In this document: positions 27,708-37,068 of the stretch, one piece after another
How positions within the stretch are numbered: position 1 is the stretch's first letter
Layout: every line of letters begins with the position of its first letter
Origin: Nocardioides sp.
Lineage (GTDB): Bacteria; Actinomycetota; Actinomycetes; Propionibacteriales; Nocardioidaceae
Assembly: GCF_047606145.1 (NCBI RefSeq)
Contig: NZ_JASGET010000118.1
Coordinates: 34,713-98,712 of the forward strand
Direction: 5' to 3'
DNA: 64,000 bases
Made by a program: the position numbers and the translations under genes
Notes under the pieces: model-generated
The model's database searches: none
What the model was told of the DNA's origin: nothing
Seen by the model: only the letters and a program-made list of their open reading frames with translations

Positions 27708-29027
27708 ATGGACGTATGCAACGTGCCTGTCATCTCCAGTGTGTGCCACGCTGCCGGAGATGCTGCAGCAAGTCTGGTGACGGCGCCCTTCGACTGGCTG
27801 GCACACGCGATGGGCGGTGCAGCCGGCTGGATGTTCGAGGCGATGTGGAAGGTCTTCGACTCCACCACGATGGTCGACATCACCAGCCCCCAGTTCGTGC
27901 GGGTCTACAACATCCTGTTCGGAGTAGCCGCGTTCGTGATGGTCGGCTTCTTCCTGCTCCAAGTCATCGGCGGAATGATCCGCCGCGAACCTGGCGCGCT
28001 GTCGCGCGCGCTACTCGGCCTCGCAAAGTCGATCCTCGGCTCCTTCGTGGCACTCACCCTGCTGGCTGCCGCCTTGGAGCTCACCGACCAGATCTGCATC
28101 GGTATCGTCCAAGCCGCCGGCACCAACATGGCAGACATGGGCGGACGCATCGCCCTGCTGGCCAGCGGCCTCGCCACCCTCAACATCGCAGCACCTGGCG
28201 TCGGCGCCGTCATCACCATCTTCATCGCGGGACTGGCCATCGGCGGCGCGGTCATGGTGTGGATCAGCCTCCTCGTCCGCAAGGCCCTGATTCTCATCGC
28301 CATCGTCTTCGCACCCGTGGCACTTGCGGGCGCGACGTGGGACCACACACGCGGCTGGATCAGCAAATGGATCTCCTTCGTCGTCGCGCTGATCGTGTCC
28401 AAGGTCGTCGTGGTGGTGATCTTCCTCCTTGCCACTTCCCAAGTCTCAGCGCCCATCGACGCCGACCTGCAGTCGGTCAGCGAGCCCATCGCCGGGGTCG
28501 TGCTCATGCTCATCGCGGCCTTCGCCCCCTACATGGCCTACAAGGCGATCTCGTTCATGGGCTTCGACATGTATCACTCGATGAGCATGGAGCAGGAGGC
28601 CAAGGCCGCACTCAACCGTCCGCTTCCGATCCCGACGACCCGACGAGGCGGCGAGGAGCCGAAGAAGGTACTCGACGGAACAAGCGGCAACGGCGGGTCC
28701 GGCTCTTCGCCGACTCCGTCCCCTTCGCCCGCTTCACCGTCACCTGGGTCGTCAGGACCCGGCACAGGGGGTGCGGCTCCCGGCGGAACCTCCTCGGCAG
28801 CAGGAGGGGCCGCTGCCGGCGCGGGCGGCGGCGTCCTTGCCGGTGCGGTCGTAGCGAAGGAGGCAGCGACCGCTGGCCCTCGAATCGGCTCGCGGGTGGG
28901 GGCAAGCGCTGAAGGCCATGCCGATGGGGCTAACCAAGCAGCAGGGAGTCCGCCGCCACCGGCACCGCTGGTGCCGCACGTTGCCGACCCCACCCCCTCG
29001 GTGAAGTCGCGAGGTGAGAAGAAGTGA
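27708..29027 (+). CDS. TrbL/VirB6-like polytopic conjugal-transfer membrane protein
   Basis: ATG 27708. It has at least 6 TM segments and a Gly/Ser/Pro/Ala-rich C-terminal tail, and it lies between the small membrane proteins and VirB4. Confidence 0.75.
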   Translation: MDVCNVPVISSVCHAAGDAAASLVTAPFDWLAHAMGGAAGWMFEAMWKVFDSTTMVDITSPQFVRVYNILFGVAAFVMVGFFLLQVIGGMIRREPGALSRALLGLAKSILGSFVALTLLAAALELTDQICIGIVQAAGTNMADMGGRIALLASGLATLNIAAPGVGAVITIFIAGLAIGGAVMVWISLLVRKALILIAIVFAPVALAGATWDHTRGWISKWISFVVALIVSKVVVVVIFLLATSQVSAPIDADLQSVSEPIAGVVLMLIAAFAPYMAYKAISFMGFDMYHSMSMEQEAKAALNRPLPIPTTRRGGEEPKKVLDGTSGNGGSGSSPTPSPSPASPSPGSSGPGTGGAAPGGTSSAAGGAAAGAGGGVLAGAVVAKEAATAGPRIGSRVGASAEGHADGANQAAGSPPPPAPLVPHVADPTPSVKSRGEKK

Positions 29028-30496
29028 GCGCGCCCACCTCCCAGCGCGTCGGACGTGAAGCCGAGTTGACGCCGGTGAAGTTCTCCCGGCTCTCCAAGCG
29101 TGGCGTGCTTCTTGGGATGTCCGGCTCGCAACTCGTCGCGGTCGGCATCGGCGCGGTCGTGCTTGTTTTCTCGCTGTACCTCGGTGGTGGCGCCATCCTC
29201 GCCTACGTCTCACCGATCCTGATCGGGTGTGCAGCGTTGGCGTGGGTCGGAGTTGGTGGACGCAAGCTCGTCGAATGGCTTCCAATCCTGATCCGTTGGA
29301 CACGGCGATCCTCCGGCGGCCAACTCATCTACCGCCGCCGCATCCTCAAACCCCGGCCAGCCGGGGTACTTGCCCTGCCTGGTGACGCGGCCCGACTGCG
29401 TCAGTGGGTCGACGCCGAGACCGGAGCCGTCATGGTCCACGACCCCCACACCGCAACGCTCACAGCCCTGGTGTCGGTCACGCACCCGGCGTTCGTACTG
29501 CTCGACCCGATCGAACAAGAGCGACGAGTCACGAGCTGGTCGCGAGTGCTGGCGACCGCCTGCCGCTCGGGGCGGATCGCCTCGATGCAGATGATGGAGC
29601 GCACCCTGCCCGACTCCGGCAAGGGGCTGGCCGAGTGGTGGCAACGCCACGGCCAGCACGACGGCTCCTGGGCCTCCACCACCTACGGCGAGCTCATCGA
29701 CCGTGCCGGGCCAGCGGGTGAACGTCATGCAAGCACCGTCTCAGTCGCCCTCGACATGAAGAACGCCGCACGCGCCATCCGCGCAGCCGGCGGCGGGATG
29801 CGCGGAGCCGCAGCCGTACTGCGTCAGGAGATGACCACCATCACCGCCGCACTGCGCGCCGCCGACCTCGCACCGTCGGCTTGGCTGGAGCCCGGCGACT
29901 TGGCCGTGATCCTCCGCTCGGCCTACGACCCTCAAGTCGCCGCCACCCTGGAGCGTCACGGTGACCTCGGCCGCGACCTCGCCACCGCCGGACCCGTCGC
30001 TGTCACCGAGTCATGGAGCCACCTACGCAGCGACTCGGCCCACCACTGCGTGCTGTGGATCAGCGAATGGCCGCGCTCACTCGTCTATCCCGGCTTCCTG
30101 TCCTCGATCCTTCTCTCCTCCGGCATACGCCGCACCTTTACGCTGCTCTATACCCCGATGCGGGCAGACCACGCCGCCCGCGACATCCGCAAACGCAAGA
30201 CCGAACACGTCTCCGACGCAGCCCAGCGACAGCGAATGGGTCAGATCGAGGACGCTCAGCAGGACGCCGAGTACCACGATGTACTGCGCCAGGAGGCCGA
30301 CCTCACCGCCGGCCACGGCGTTCTGCGGGCCACCGGCTTCATCACCGTCAGCGCCACCACCCCTGAGGAGCTGGAGCAGGAAGTCGCCGCGATCGAGCAG
30401 GCGGCTATCCAAGCCTCCTGCGAGACCCGCCGCCTCTGGGGCCAACAGGCCCAGGCCTTCGCCACGGCCGCACTTCCGTTGTGTAGAAGCGTGTGA
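29024..30496 (+). CDS. membrane-anchored VirB4 N-terminal-half-like protein (SCO6880-family-like)
   Basis: GTG 29024 overlaps the upstream stop. Two N-terminal TM segments are followed by a soluble domain with no P-loop. The family assignment is from memory of actinobacterial ICE gene order. Confidence 0.7.
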   Translation: MSAPTSQRVGREAELTPVKFSRLSKRGVLLGMSGSQLVAVGIGAVVLVFSLYLGGGAILAYVSPILIGCAALAWVGVGGRKLVEWLPILIRWTRRSSGGQLIYRRRILKPRPAGVLALPGDAARLRQWVDAETGAVMVHDPHTATLTALVSVTHPAFVLLDPIEQERRVTSWSRVLATACRSGRIASMQMMERTLPDSGKGLAEWWQRHGQHDGSWASTTYGELIDRAGPAGERHASTVSVALDMKNAARAIRAAGGGMRGAAAVLRQEMTTITAALRAADLAPSAWLEPGDLAVILRSAYDPQVAATLERHGDLGRDLATAGPVAVTESWSHLRSDSAHHCVLWISEWPRSLVYPGFLSSILLSSGIRRTFTLLYTPMRADHAARDIRKRKTEHVSDAAQRQRMGQIEDAQQDAEYHDVLRQEADLTAGHGVLRATGFITVSATTPEELEQEVAAIEQAAIQASCETRRLWGQQAQAFATAALPLCRSV

Positions 30497-30513
30497 GTGT
30501 CGCGGCAGTGGCA

Positions 30514-30615
30514 TTTGCATCCGAATCAGAGGCAAAGTTGTCACGATTGACACTCCTCTGCGACAAGGACATACTGGTGTCACGCAGAACGTGTTTGCGT
30601 CCAAATCAGAGGCAA
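30514..30615 (+). promoter_or_regulatory. low-GC promoter/operator region of the AbiE cassette
   Basis: There are 22-nt direct repeats TTTGCATCCGAATCAGAGGCAA (30514-30535) and TTTGCGTCCAAATCAGAGGCAA (30594-30615). The promoter elements are TTGACA (30547-30552), a 17-nt spacer and CATACT (30570-30575). TGTCACG occurs twice, and the RBS AAGGAGG is at 30614-30620. Confidence 0.6.
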
Positions 30616-30626
30616 GGAGGTGCGCT

Positions 30627-31424
30627 ATGACACGCTCCATCCCGCCATCCTTGGCACCCGTGGTCGCCGAGCTCGAACTGGAGGCCGCCGATCTTGTCAC
30701 CACCGCGAAGCTAGACGAGATCGTCAAGGCGTCCGGCGTTGGCACAGCCACTCGCACGGTGGCAACTCGCCTACGCGAACGTGGCTGGCTCCTTCCGACT
30801 GGTCAGAGAGGGGTCTGGGAGTTCGCCCCCGGTGCCACTGCTGGAGCCGTTAGTCGCGGCGGGCACACCCGTCTGTTGCGGTCAGTGTTCGCACGTACAG
30901 ACGTGGCTTGCGGACTGACCTTCCAGGCGGCCGCGTGGGCACACGGCATCGCGGATCGCGCTCCTGTCCGGCTGGAAGTCGCCGCTGAGTCGGCCCGTGA
31001 AGCGCGCAAGCTGCCCGACGGGCTGGACGTGTCCGTCTTCGACCCAACGCTCGGATACGTCACGCTCAAGGGGGTGCCTGTGCTTCGACCTGCCAGCGTG
31101 CTGGCCCACATGGCCAGCAGCCCGACCGACGTTCGGTCCTGGACGAGTGCGTTGGAGTGGCTCCCCGACCTCGTTGCCGAAGCCACGCCAGACGATGTCT
31201 TGACAGAGCTCAATGAGCGCCCGGCAACGGTGACAGCACGGCTGGGCTACCTGATCCAAGGACTGCGCCCCGACATCGCTGAGAAGATCGCCGGTCCAAG
31301 CACCAAGACCTGGTTCGGCCCGCGCCAGAAGGTGATCCGCCATGACAGCCACTGGCAGATCGCAGACACCCTCCTCCCGTTCGACCCCCGGAGTCTGGCA
31401 TCCGTCGCCGGAGCGAACGTATGA
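30627..31424 (+). CDS. type IV toxin-antitoxin system AbiEi-family antitoxin
   Basis: It has a strong RBS, an N-terminal wHTH-like region, and is about 265 aa. Its stop overlaps the AbiEii start (ATGA). Confidence 0.75.
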   Translation: MTRSIPPSLAPVVAELELEAADLVTTAKLDEIVKASGVGTATRTVATRLRERGWLLPTGQRGVWEFAPGATAGAVSRGGHTRLLRSVFARTDVACGLTFQAAAWAHGIADRAPVRLEVAAESAREARKLPDGLDVSVFDPTLGYVTLKGVPVLRPASVLAHMASSPTDVRSWTSALEWLPDLVAEATPDDVLTELNERPATVTARLGYLIQGLRPDIAEKIAGPSTKTWFGPRQKVIRHDSHWQIADTLLPFDPRSLASVAGANV

Positions 31425-32398
31425 CCAGCGGCCCGATCACCCTGACCCTGGGCTGGCTCGGTCGGCACACGCCACCAGGTGCTGGCGTCGATGGTCGACG
31501 AGCCGCCGAGATCGACATCGCCCAAGACCTGCTCCTACGCGAACTACACCAGCACGGCGTGCTGGAAGCACTCGTGTTCAAGGGAGGCACGTCGCTGCGG
31601 AAGCTCTATGCGGGCAACCAAGGACGCTTCTCACTTGATCTCGACTTCAGCGTGGCCGACCCCGCCTCCGACCCCGACACCGTGGTCCTCGAGCTCATCG
31701 GCGAGATCGAAGGGCTGCGCGTCGGGCCGTTCACCTATGGGATCGCAGAGCGCCGGGGCAAATGGTGGTTGACCATCGACAGCGACCTGAATGACGAGGA
31801 ATCGGGGTTGGCGAGCAAGATCGACGTCTCGCCCCCGCCGTGGCTCACACCGGTTCGACGTGGCTGGGTTCCCATGCCTGTTCACAACACCTACGGCGAG
31901 CCCGGCCAGCCTGAACTCCAAGTCATCCGGTTGGAGGAGAACATCGCAGAGAAAGTCTCGCGGCTGAACCGCACCACGACCGCACGCGATCTCTACGACC
32001 TCGCATGGCTGGCCACACACCAGCGCGACGTGGGTGTCCTGGACACCGATCTCATCCGGCGACTCGCGGTGCTGAAGATATGGGTCGACGCGCACGGCGT
32101 CTCGTCTGCGACCTGCGCGTGGCGGCCGGGCCACGAGCCTCGGTCGTTTGATCCCGACCAGTGGCTACGGACGCGAGGAGTCGCCGAAGTCGACCTTGAC
32201 GACATCGGCGCCTTGGCTGTGCCCACACCGTCGCTGGACGATCTCAACGCGACCATCAACGCCCACTTCGGGTTCCTCCGCGAGTTAGACAGTGACGAAA
32301 AGCAGCTCGCGACAGCACGCCAGCAGGACCGTCCGCTCGCGCTGCGCCTCCTCGCGGAACTCCCTGGCTACAGACTGGCCAACCTCGGCATCTACTGA
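31421..32398 (+). CDS. AbiEii/AbiGii-family nucleotidyltransferase toxin (DUF1814)
   Basis: It carries the signature LVFKGGTSLRKLY...RFSLDLDF. Confidence 0.9.
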   Translation: MTSGPITLTLGWLGRHTPPGAGVDGRRAAEIDIAQDLLLRELHQHGVLEALVFKGGTSLRKLYAGNQGRFSLDLDFSVADPASDPDTVVLELIGEIEGLRVGPFTYGIAERRGKWWLTIDSDLNDEESGLASKIDVSPPPWLTPVRRGWVPMPVHNTYGEPGQPELQVIRLEENIAEKVSRLNRTTTARDLYDLAWLATHQRDVGVLDTDLIRRLAVLKIWVDAHGVSSATCAWRPGHEPRSFDPDQWLRTRGVAEVDLDDIGALAVPTPSLDDLNATINAHFGFLRELDSDEKQLATARQQDRPLALRLLAELPGYRLANLGIY

Positions 32399-32461
32399 CG
32401 TTTCGCTTCGCAGGGGGTCGAAGCGCACCTCCTTCTCGACCACATCGAGAAGGAGACCGAG

Positions 32462-32866
32462 ATGCCCACGTTCGAGAACCCGGCGGTTGACGCCGACGAG
32501 GTCCAGACTGCACTCAGGGCTCTGGCGCACGCGACACGTTCCATCGACGACCCGCGCCAGATCTACTCCATGCTCGGATCGCTGACGTCGGCCGTTGCCT
32601 CGCTGAGTCAGTCCCTCCATCAGATCGCAGCGTTCCACGACGGTCCGGCCAAGAGTGGCGGCTGGGTACCTGCCGAATCGACACAGGCCAGGTCGACGGC
32701 CTACCGGGTGTCGTGGGAACTCCACCGTGCCGGCGAGGTCTTGCACCAGGTCTCGGAGTCGATCAACAGTGCGCACGAGGCCGAGGCAGTCCTTCGCTAC
32801 CACCGAGAGTTCCCCGATCACGGAGCGCGCCAGAGCGCCGCGGTCGACCACGGACTGTCGCTGTGA
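32462..32866 (+). CDS. hypothetical protein
   Basis: The RBS GAAGGAG lies upstream, and the stop overlaps the next start (GTGA). GC3 is high. Confidence 0.65.
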   Translation: MPTFENPAVDADEVQTALRALAHATRSIDDPRQIYSMLGSLTSAVASLSQSLHQIAAFHDGPAKSGGWVPAESTQARSTAYRVSWELHRAGEVLHQVSESINSAHEAEAVLRYHREFPDHGARQSAAVDHGLSL

Positions 32867-34344
32867 CCAAGTGGAATGACGAGCGGTTGCACAGCGCCGT
32901 CTTGGTTGCCCCACGTCGGGAGCGGCGTCGTGACCGGCGAGCTCGGCAGGCGTCAGCCAAGTCGCTACTGACGGAGGACCGCGACGCTCGCAAGGCGAGC
33001 GCGACGCAGAAGACCGAGAAGTTGGCGGCGGAACGTCGGTCGATGACGGTCCTGCCACGTTCCGGGGAGCCCGGCCCGGCGGCCCTTCGGACATCCGGCC
33101 GCTTGCGGCTGCCTCGCCATCAGGACACCTCGGCCACCTGGGGCGGTGCGTATCCGTTCGTCGCTGAGGGCGGACTCGGCTCTGACGGGGTGTTCGTCGG
33201 ACAAGACCTCTACAGCGGAGCCTCGTTCGTCTACGACCCGTGGGTGCTCTACCGCAACGGACTCATCACCGCGCCCAACGTCGTCGTGGCCGGGATCGTG
33301 GGTTCTGGCAAGTCAGCGCTCGCCAAGAGCCTCTACACCCGTTCCCTCCCGTTCGGACGGCGGGTCTACGTGCCTGGCGACCCGAAAGGTGAGCACACGG
33401 CGGTCGCGCGGGCCGTGGGTGGCATGGCCATAGAGCTGGGGCACGGAATGCCCGCACGACTCAACCCGCTCGATGAGGGCTACCGGCCTGCCGGGCTCGA
33501 CGATGTTGAGTGGGCTGCGCAAGTCACGGCTCGTCGACGCGACCTCATCGGGGCCTTGACCGAGACCGTCCTCGACCGGCGGCTCACGCCGTTGGAGCAC
33601 ACGGCCATCGACGTCGCTCTGGCCAGCACTGTGCGTGCCGCCGAGGTTCCGCTACTGCCGATGGTGGTCGACCGGCTCCTGAGTCCCGACAAGCGTGACG
33701 ATAGCGAGGGTCGACTGGCCGAGGATGGCCGTCTCGTCGGGCACGCGCTGCGGCGTCTCGTTGGTGGCGACCTGGCCGGCCTGTTCGACGGGCCGTCGAC
33801 CGTGCGGTTCGACCCAACGCTGCCAATGGTCTCGCTCGACCTCTCGCGGGTCACCGAGAACGCGACCTTGATCTCGGTGCTGATGACCTGTGCTTCGGCC
33901 TGGATGGAGTCCGCACTGGCTGACCCCGACGGCGGACAACGCTGGGTGATCTACGACGAAGCCTGGCGCCTCATGTCCCACCCCGCGCTGCTGCGACGCA
34001 TGGACGCACACTGGAGGTTGGCCAGGCACTACGGCATCGCAAACATGCTGATCTTCCACAAGCTCAGCGACCTCGAAACCGTGGGCGACCAAGGATCGGC
34101 AATGAGAGCACTCGCCTCCTCGCTGCTGGCCAACGCGGAGACGCGCATCATCTACCGCCAGGAATCCGACCAGTTGGGCGCAACTGCCGATGCGCTCGGG
34201 CTGACCGGCACCGAGCGGCAACTGCTTCCGACGTTGGGAACCGGGCAGGGCTTGTGGCGCATCAAAGATCGCTCGTTCGTCTGCCAGCACCAGCTCCATC
34301 CTGCCGAGCTAGAACTCTTCGACACCACGGCCAGGATGCGATGA
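32863..34344 (+). CDS. VirB4/TraC-type conjugation ATPase (C-terminal ATPase half)
   Basis: Walker A is AGIVGSGKSALAKS and Walker B is WVIYDEAWRLM. The start is uncertain: GTG 32863, or the later ATG at MTVLPRSG. Confidence 0.85.
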   Translation: MTKWNDERLHSAVLVAPRRERRRDRRARQASAKSLLTEDRDARKASATQKTEKLAAERRSMTVLPRSGEPGPAALRTSGRLRLPRHQDTSATWGGAYPFVAEGGLGSDGVFVGQDLYSGASFVYDPWVLYRNGLITAPNVVVAGIVGSGKSALAKSLYTRSLPFGRRVYVPGDPKGEHTAVARAVGGMAIELGHGMPARLNPLDEGYRPAGLDDVEWAAQVTARRRDLIGALTETVLDRRLTPLEHTAIDVALASTVRAAEVPLLPMVVDRLLSPDKRDDSEGRLAEDGRLVGHALRRLVGGDLAGLFDGPSTVRFDPTLPMVSLDLSRVTENATLISVLMTCASAWMESALADPDGGQRWVIYDEAWRLMSHPALLRRMDAHWRLARHYGIANMLIFHKLSDLETVGDQGSAMRALASSLLANAETRIIYRQESDQLGATADALGLTGTERQLLPTLGTGQGLWRIKDRSFVCQHQLHPAELELFDTTARMR

Positions 34345-35336
34345 AACGGCTTCCTGACCTGCGGGTGCTGTCCTACGGGGGCGGCACACAGTCAGCGGCG
34401 CTGGCACTCATGTCGGCAGCCGGCCAACTTCCGAGACTGAACGCGGTCATCTTCGCGGACACCCACGGCGAGCTGCCAGAGACCTACGAGTACGCCGAGT
34501 ACGTCCAGTCCCATCTCGACCGTGCAGGCATTCCGTTCATCCGCGTCTCGGCGGGCTCGTTGGAGGAGGCGTTGCTGTCGCCGGTGCGCACGTCCAGCAA
34601 TCCGACGCCACCCGCTCATGTGCTCAACCCGGACGGAAGCGCCGGGAAGGTGCTCGGCTATCGCTGCTCCTACGACTACAAGCGTCGGGTGGTGACACGG
34701 GAGGTCAAACGGCTGGCCAACGAGCGGGGCGGCGGCCGAGGAGCGTGGAAGCGGACACGGGTCGAGCAATGGCTCGGGTTCTCCGTGGATGAGATAGCGC
34801 GCTGTAAGGAGAGCACGGAGTGTCGCTGCGGTCACTCCCGGCTTCGGTCTCCACGCGGCAAGGACAACACCGACGACGTGAGCGGTCACAGGCCAGCATG
34901 TGATCGGTGTGACTGCGGCGGCTTCGATCCGTGGCAGGTCAACGTTTGGCCGCTCATCAAGGACTTCGGGCTCTCGTTCCGCCGCAGCGACACCATCGGG
35001 TGGTTCGCGCAGAACGGGCACCCGACACCGCCCAGGAGTGCCTGCTGGTTCTGCCCGAACTCACGGAACGCCCGGTGGGCAGCGCTGAAGTCGGAACACC
35101 CGGAGCTGTGGGAACGCGCGTGCCTGCTGGACGAACACATCCGCAACGGAGGAGCCTTCAACGCTCGCGGCGGTGCGGCGTTCGCCGGCCAAATGTTCCT
35201 GCACGCTGACCGTGTTCCGCTCCGCGAGGTCGACCTTCGTTCCGAAGCTGAGCGTCAGGTCGACGCCGGGCAAGGCGTCCTCTTCGACGAAGCAGCCCTC
35301 TCGATCGACTGCATCAGCGGCGCCTGCTTCACCTAG
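34341..35336 (+). CDS. PAPS-reductase/PP-loop family protein with a Cys-rich insertion
   Basis: The PP-loop is LSYGGGTQSAAL. The Cys clusters are CKESTECRCGH...CDRCDCGG and ACWFCPN. Confidence 0.8.
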   Translation: MKRLPDLRVLSYGGGTQSAALALMSAAGQLPRLNAVIFADTHGELPETYEYAEYVQSHLDRAGIPFIRVSAGSLEEALLSPVRTSSNPTPPAHVLNPDGSAGKVLGYRCSYDYKRRVVTREVKRLANERGGGRGAWKRTRVEQWLGFSVDEIARCKESTECRCGHSRLRSPRGKDNTDDVSGHRPACDRCDCGGFDPWQVNVWPLIKDFGLSFRRSDTIGWFAQNGHPTPPRSACWFCPNSRNARWAALKSEHPELWERACLLDEHIRNGGAFNARGGAAFAGQMFLHADRVPLREVDLRSEAERQVDAGQGVLFDEAALSIDCISGACFT

Positions 35337-35413
35337 TAGCCACAGCCACGCCTCGCAGCGGCGGATCTTGCCGCGCACCTTGCGTTGGAACGCACCGAGA
35401 GCAGGAGGACCTG

Positions 35414-36511
35414 ATGGCGACGAGGGCGCGGCTGAGCCGCGAAGAGCAGGACGCGAAGCTGGAGGCCCTGCATCAGCGGCTGACCGAAGCAGTCAACGGC
35501 CTGGTATCGGGCGAGGACTGGAAGCGAGCACTCGAGTTCGCGGCGCGGTTCCGATCCCGGTCCTTCAACAACACGCTGCTGATCTACGTCCAGCACTACG
35601 CCGCGTTCCAGAAGGGCCTCGTGCCCGACCCGATGCCGACCTACGTCGCGGGGTTCAAGCAATGGCTCAGCATGGGCCGCAATGTGATGCGAGGGCAGTC
35701 TGGCTACCAGATTCTCGCCCCGGTCACGGCCCGGTTCGCCTCCCCGACCCCCGAGATCGACGATTCGTGGAGGCGGCTCGGGCGCGGTGAGAAGCCGTCT
35801 TGGGGCGAGGTCGTGCGATCCAAGCTCGTCGGTCTCCGACCTGCCTACGTCTTCGACGTGTCTCAGACCGACGGCGACCCGATCCCGGAGACCCCGCGCC
35901 CGGTCCTGCTCCACGGTCAGGCGCCAGAAGGGCTGTGGGACGGCCTCGCTGCCCAGGTCCAGGCGCGCGGGTTCGATCTGCGGGTCGTCGCCAGTGCGAG
36001 CGAGATCGGCGGAGCCAACGGGCTGACCAACTACCTGACCCACGAGGTCTCGGTGCGCATCGACATGGACGCCGCGGCGCAGGTCAAGACACTCGCGCAC
36101 GAGCTCGGCCATGTCATGCTCCACGGCCCGGACAACGAGGACGCGGTAATGCACCGAGGCGTCGCGGAGGTCGAAGCCGAGTCGGTCGCGTTGATGGTCG
36201 GCGCCGCACACGGTTTGGGTACCGACGACTACACGATCCCGTACGTGGCTTCGTGGGCCTCCAGCGTGCCAGGCAAGACCCCTGCCGAGGTCGTGCAATC
36301 CACGGCCGAGCGGGTTCGCGGCACGGCTGTCAAGATTCTCGACCAGCTCGACACCCCGATGGTCGGCGACGGCAACCCACCGGGGTTAGACCGCGAAGCG
36401 CTTGCACGCGAGCACGCAAGCGGACGGAAGCCTCTGGGTGTCAAGGCAGGACCGACCGCTGAAGCCACGCACGCCGTCAGCAAACCCAGCGTTGAGGCGG
36501 TGGCGCTGTGA
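35414..36511 (+). CDS. ArdC-like antirestriction protein (ssDNA-binding N-domain + HExxH metalloprotease)
   Basis: It shows RSRSFNNTLLIYVQ and GFKQW in the N-terminal domain, and LAHELGHVMLH in the protease domain. Confidence 0.8.
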   Translation: MATRARLSREEQDAKLEALHQRLTEAVNGLVSGEDWKRALEFAARFRSRSFNNTLLIYVQHYAAFQKGLVPDPMPTYVAGFKQWLSMGRNVMRGQSGYQILAPVTARFASPTPEIDDSWRRLGRGEKPSWGEVVRSKLVGLRPAYVFDVSQTDGDPIPETPRPVLLHGQAPEGLWDGLAAQVQARGFDLRVVASASEIGGANGLTNYLTHEVSVRIDMDAAAQVKTLAHELGHVMLHGPDNEDAVMHRGVAEVEAESVALMVGAAHGLGTDDYTIPYVASWASSVPGKTPAEVVQSTAERVRGTAVKILDQLDTPMVGDGNPPGLDREALAREHASGRKPLGVKAGPTAEATHAVSKPSVEAVAL

Positions 36512-37068
36512 TGACCCGACGCCACCACCGGGAGGCTCATGACCGAGTCGCTGATCGGGTCCCGGTCGTCCTCCCACATCTGACCATCACCATCAACGGC
36601 ACCGACGCCGGCCCGGACGATGCCCGGTTAACGGCGAACCTCGACGGCAAGCCCTACCCGCTTCCCAGCAACTTGAGCGCGGGGCGTACGGCGGTTGGCG
36701 GCTTGGTCGAGCGGGTCACCAGCGACTTGGCCCAGGCGGTCCGCGTCGAGGTCCGCGAGACCGACGGCACCGTGTTCACCGAGATCGTGACGCCTCGACC
36801 CCTACACGCGGAGTCAGCGACCCCGGTGACCGAGGCGCCCATGATGTCGACGGTGGCGGAGGTTGGTGGCCGCCTTGAGGTCGGGGGCAGCGGCTTCGAC
36901 CCCGAGGAGCAGGTCGCGGTCGCGGTGGTGGTCGCCCATCAGACTGCTGGCCCCGACGGCTGTGCGCGGCTACGCCTGCCCGCCGCACTGTTGGCGTCCA
37001 GGCCGGGAACGGTCGTGCTGGTCGGCCGCTCGTCCGGGTTCGTCGCTGTCAGCGGGAGCAGAGCGTGA
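36508..37068 (+). CDS. hypothetical protein
   Basis: It is translationally coupled on both sides, GC3 is high, and no domain was recognised. Confidence 0.6.
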   Translation: MMTRRHHREAHDRVADRVPVVLPHLTITINGTDAGPDDARLTANLDGKPYPLPSNLSAGRTAVGGLVERVTSDLAQAVRVEVRETDGTVFTEIVTPRPLHAESATPVTEAPMMSTVAEVGGRLEVGGSGFDPEEQVAVAVVVAHQTAGPDGCARLRLPAALLASRPGTVVLVGRSSGFVAVSGSRA

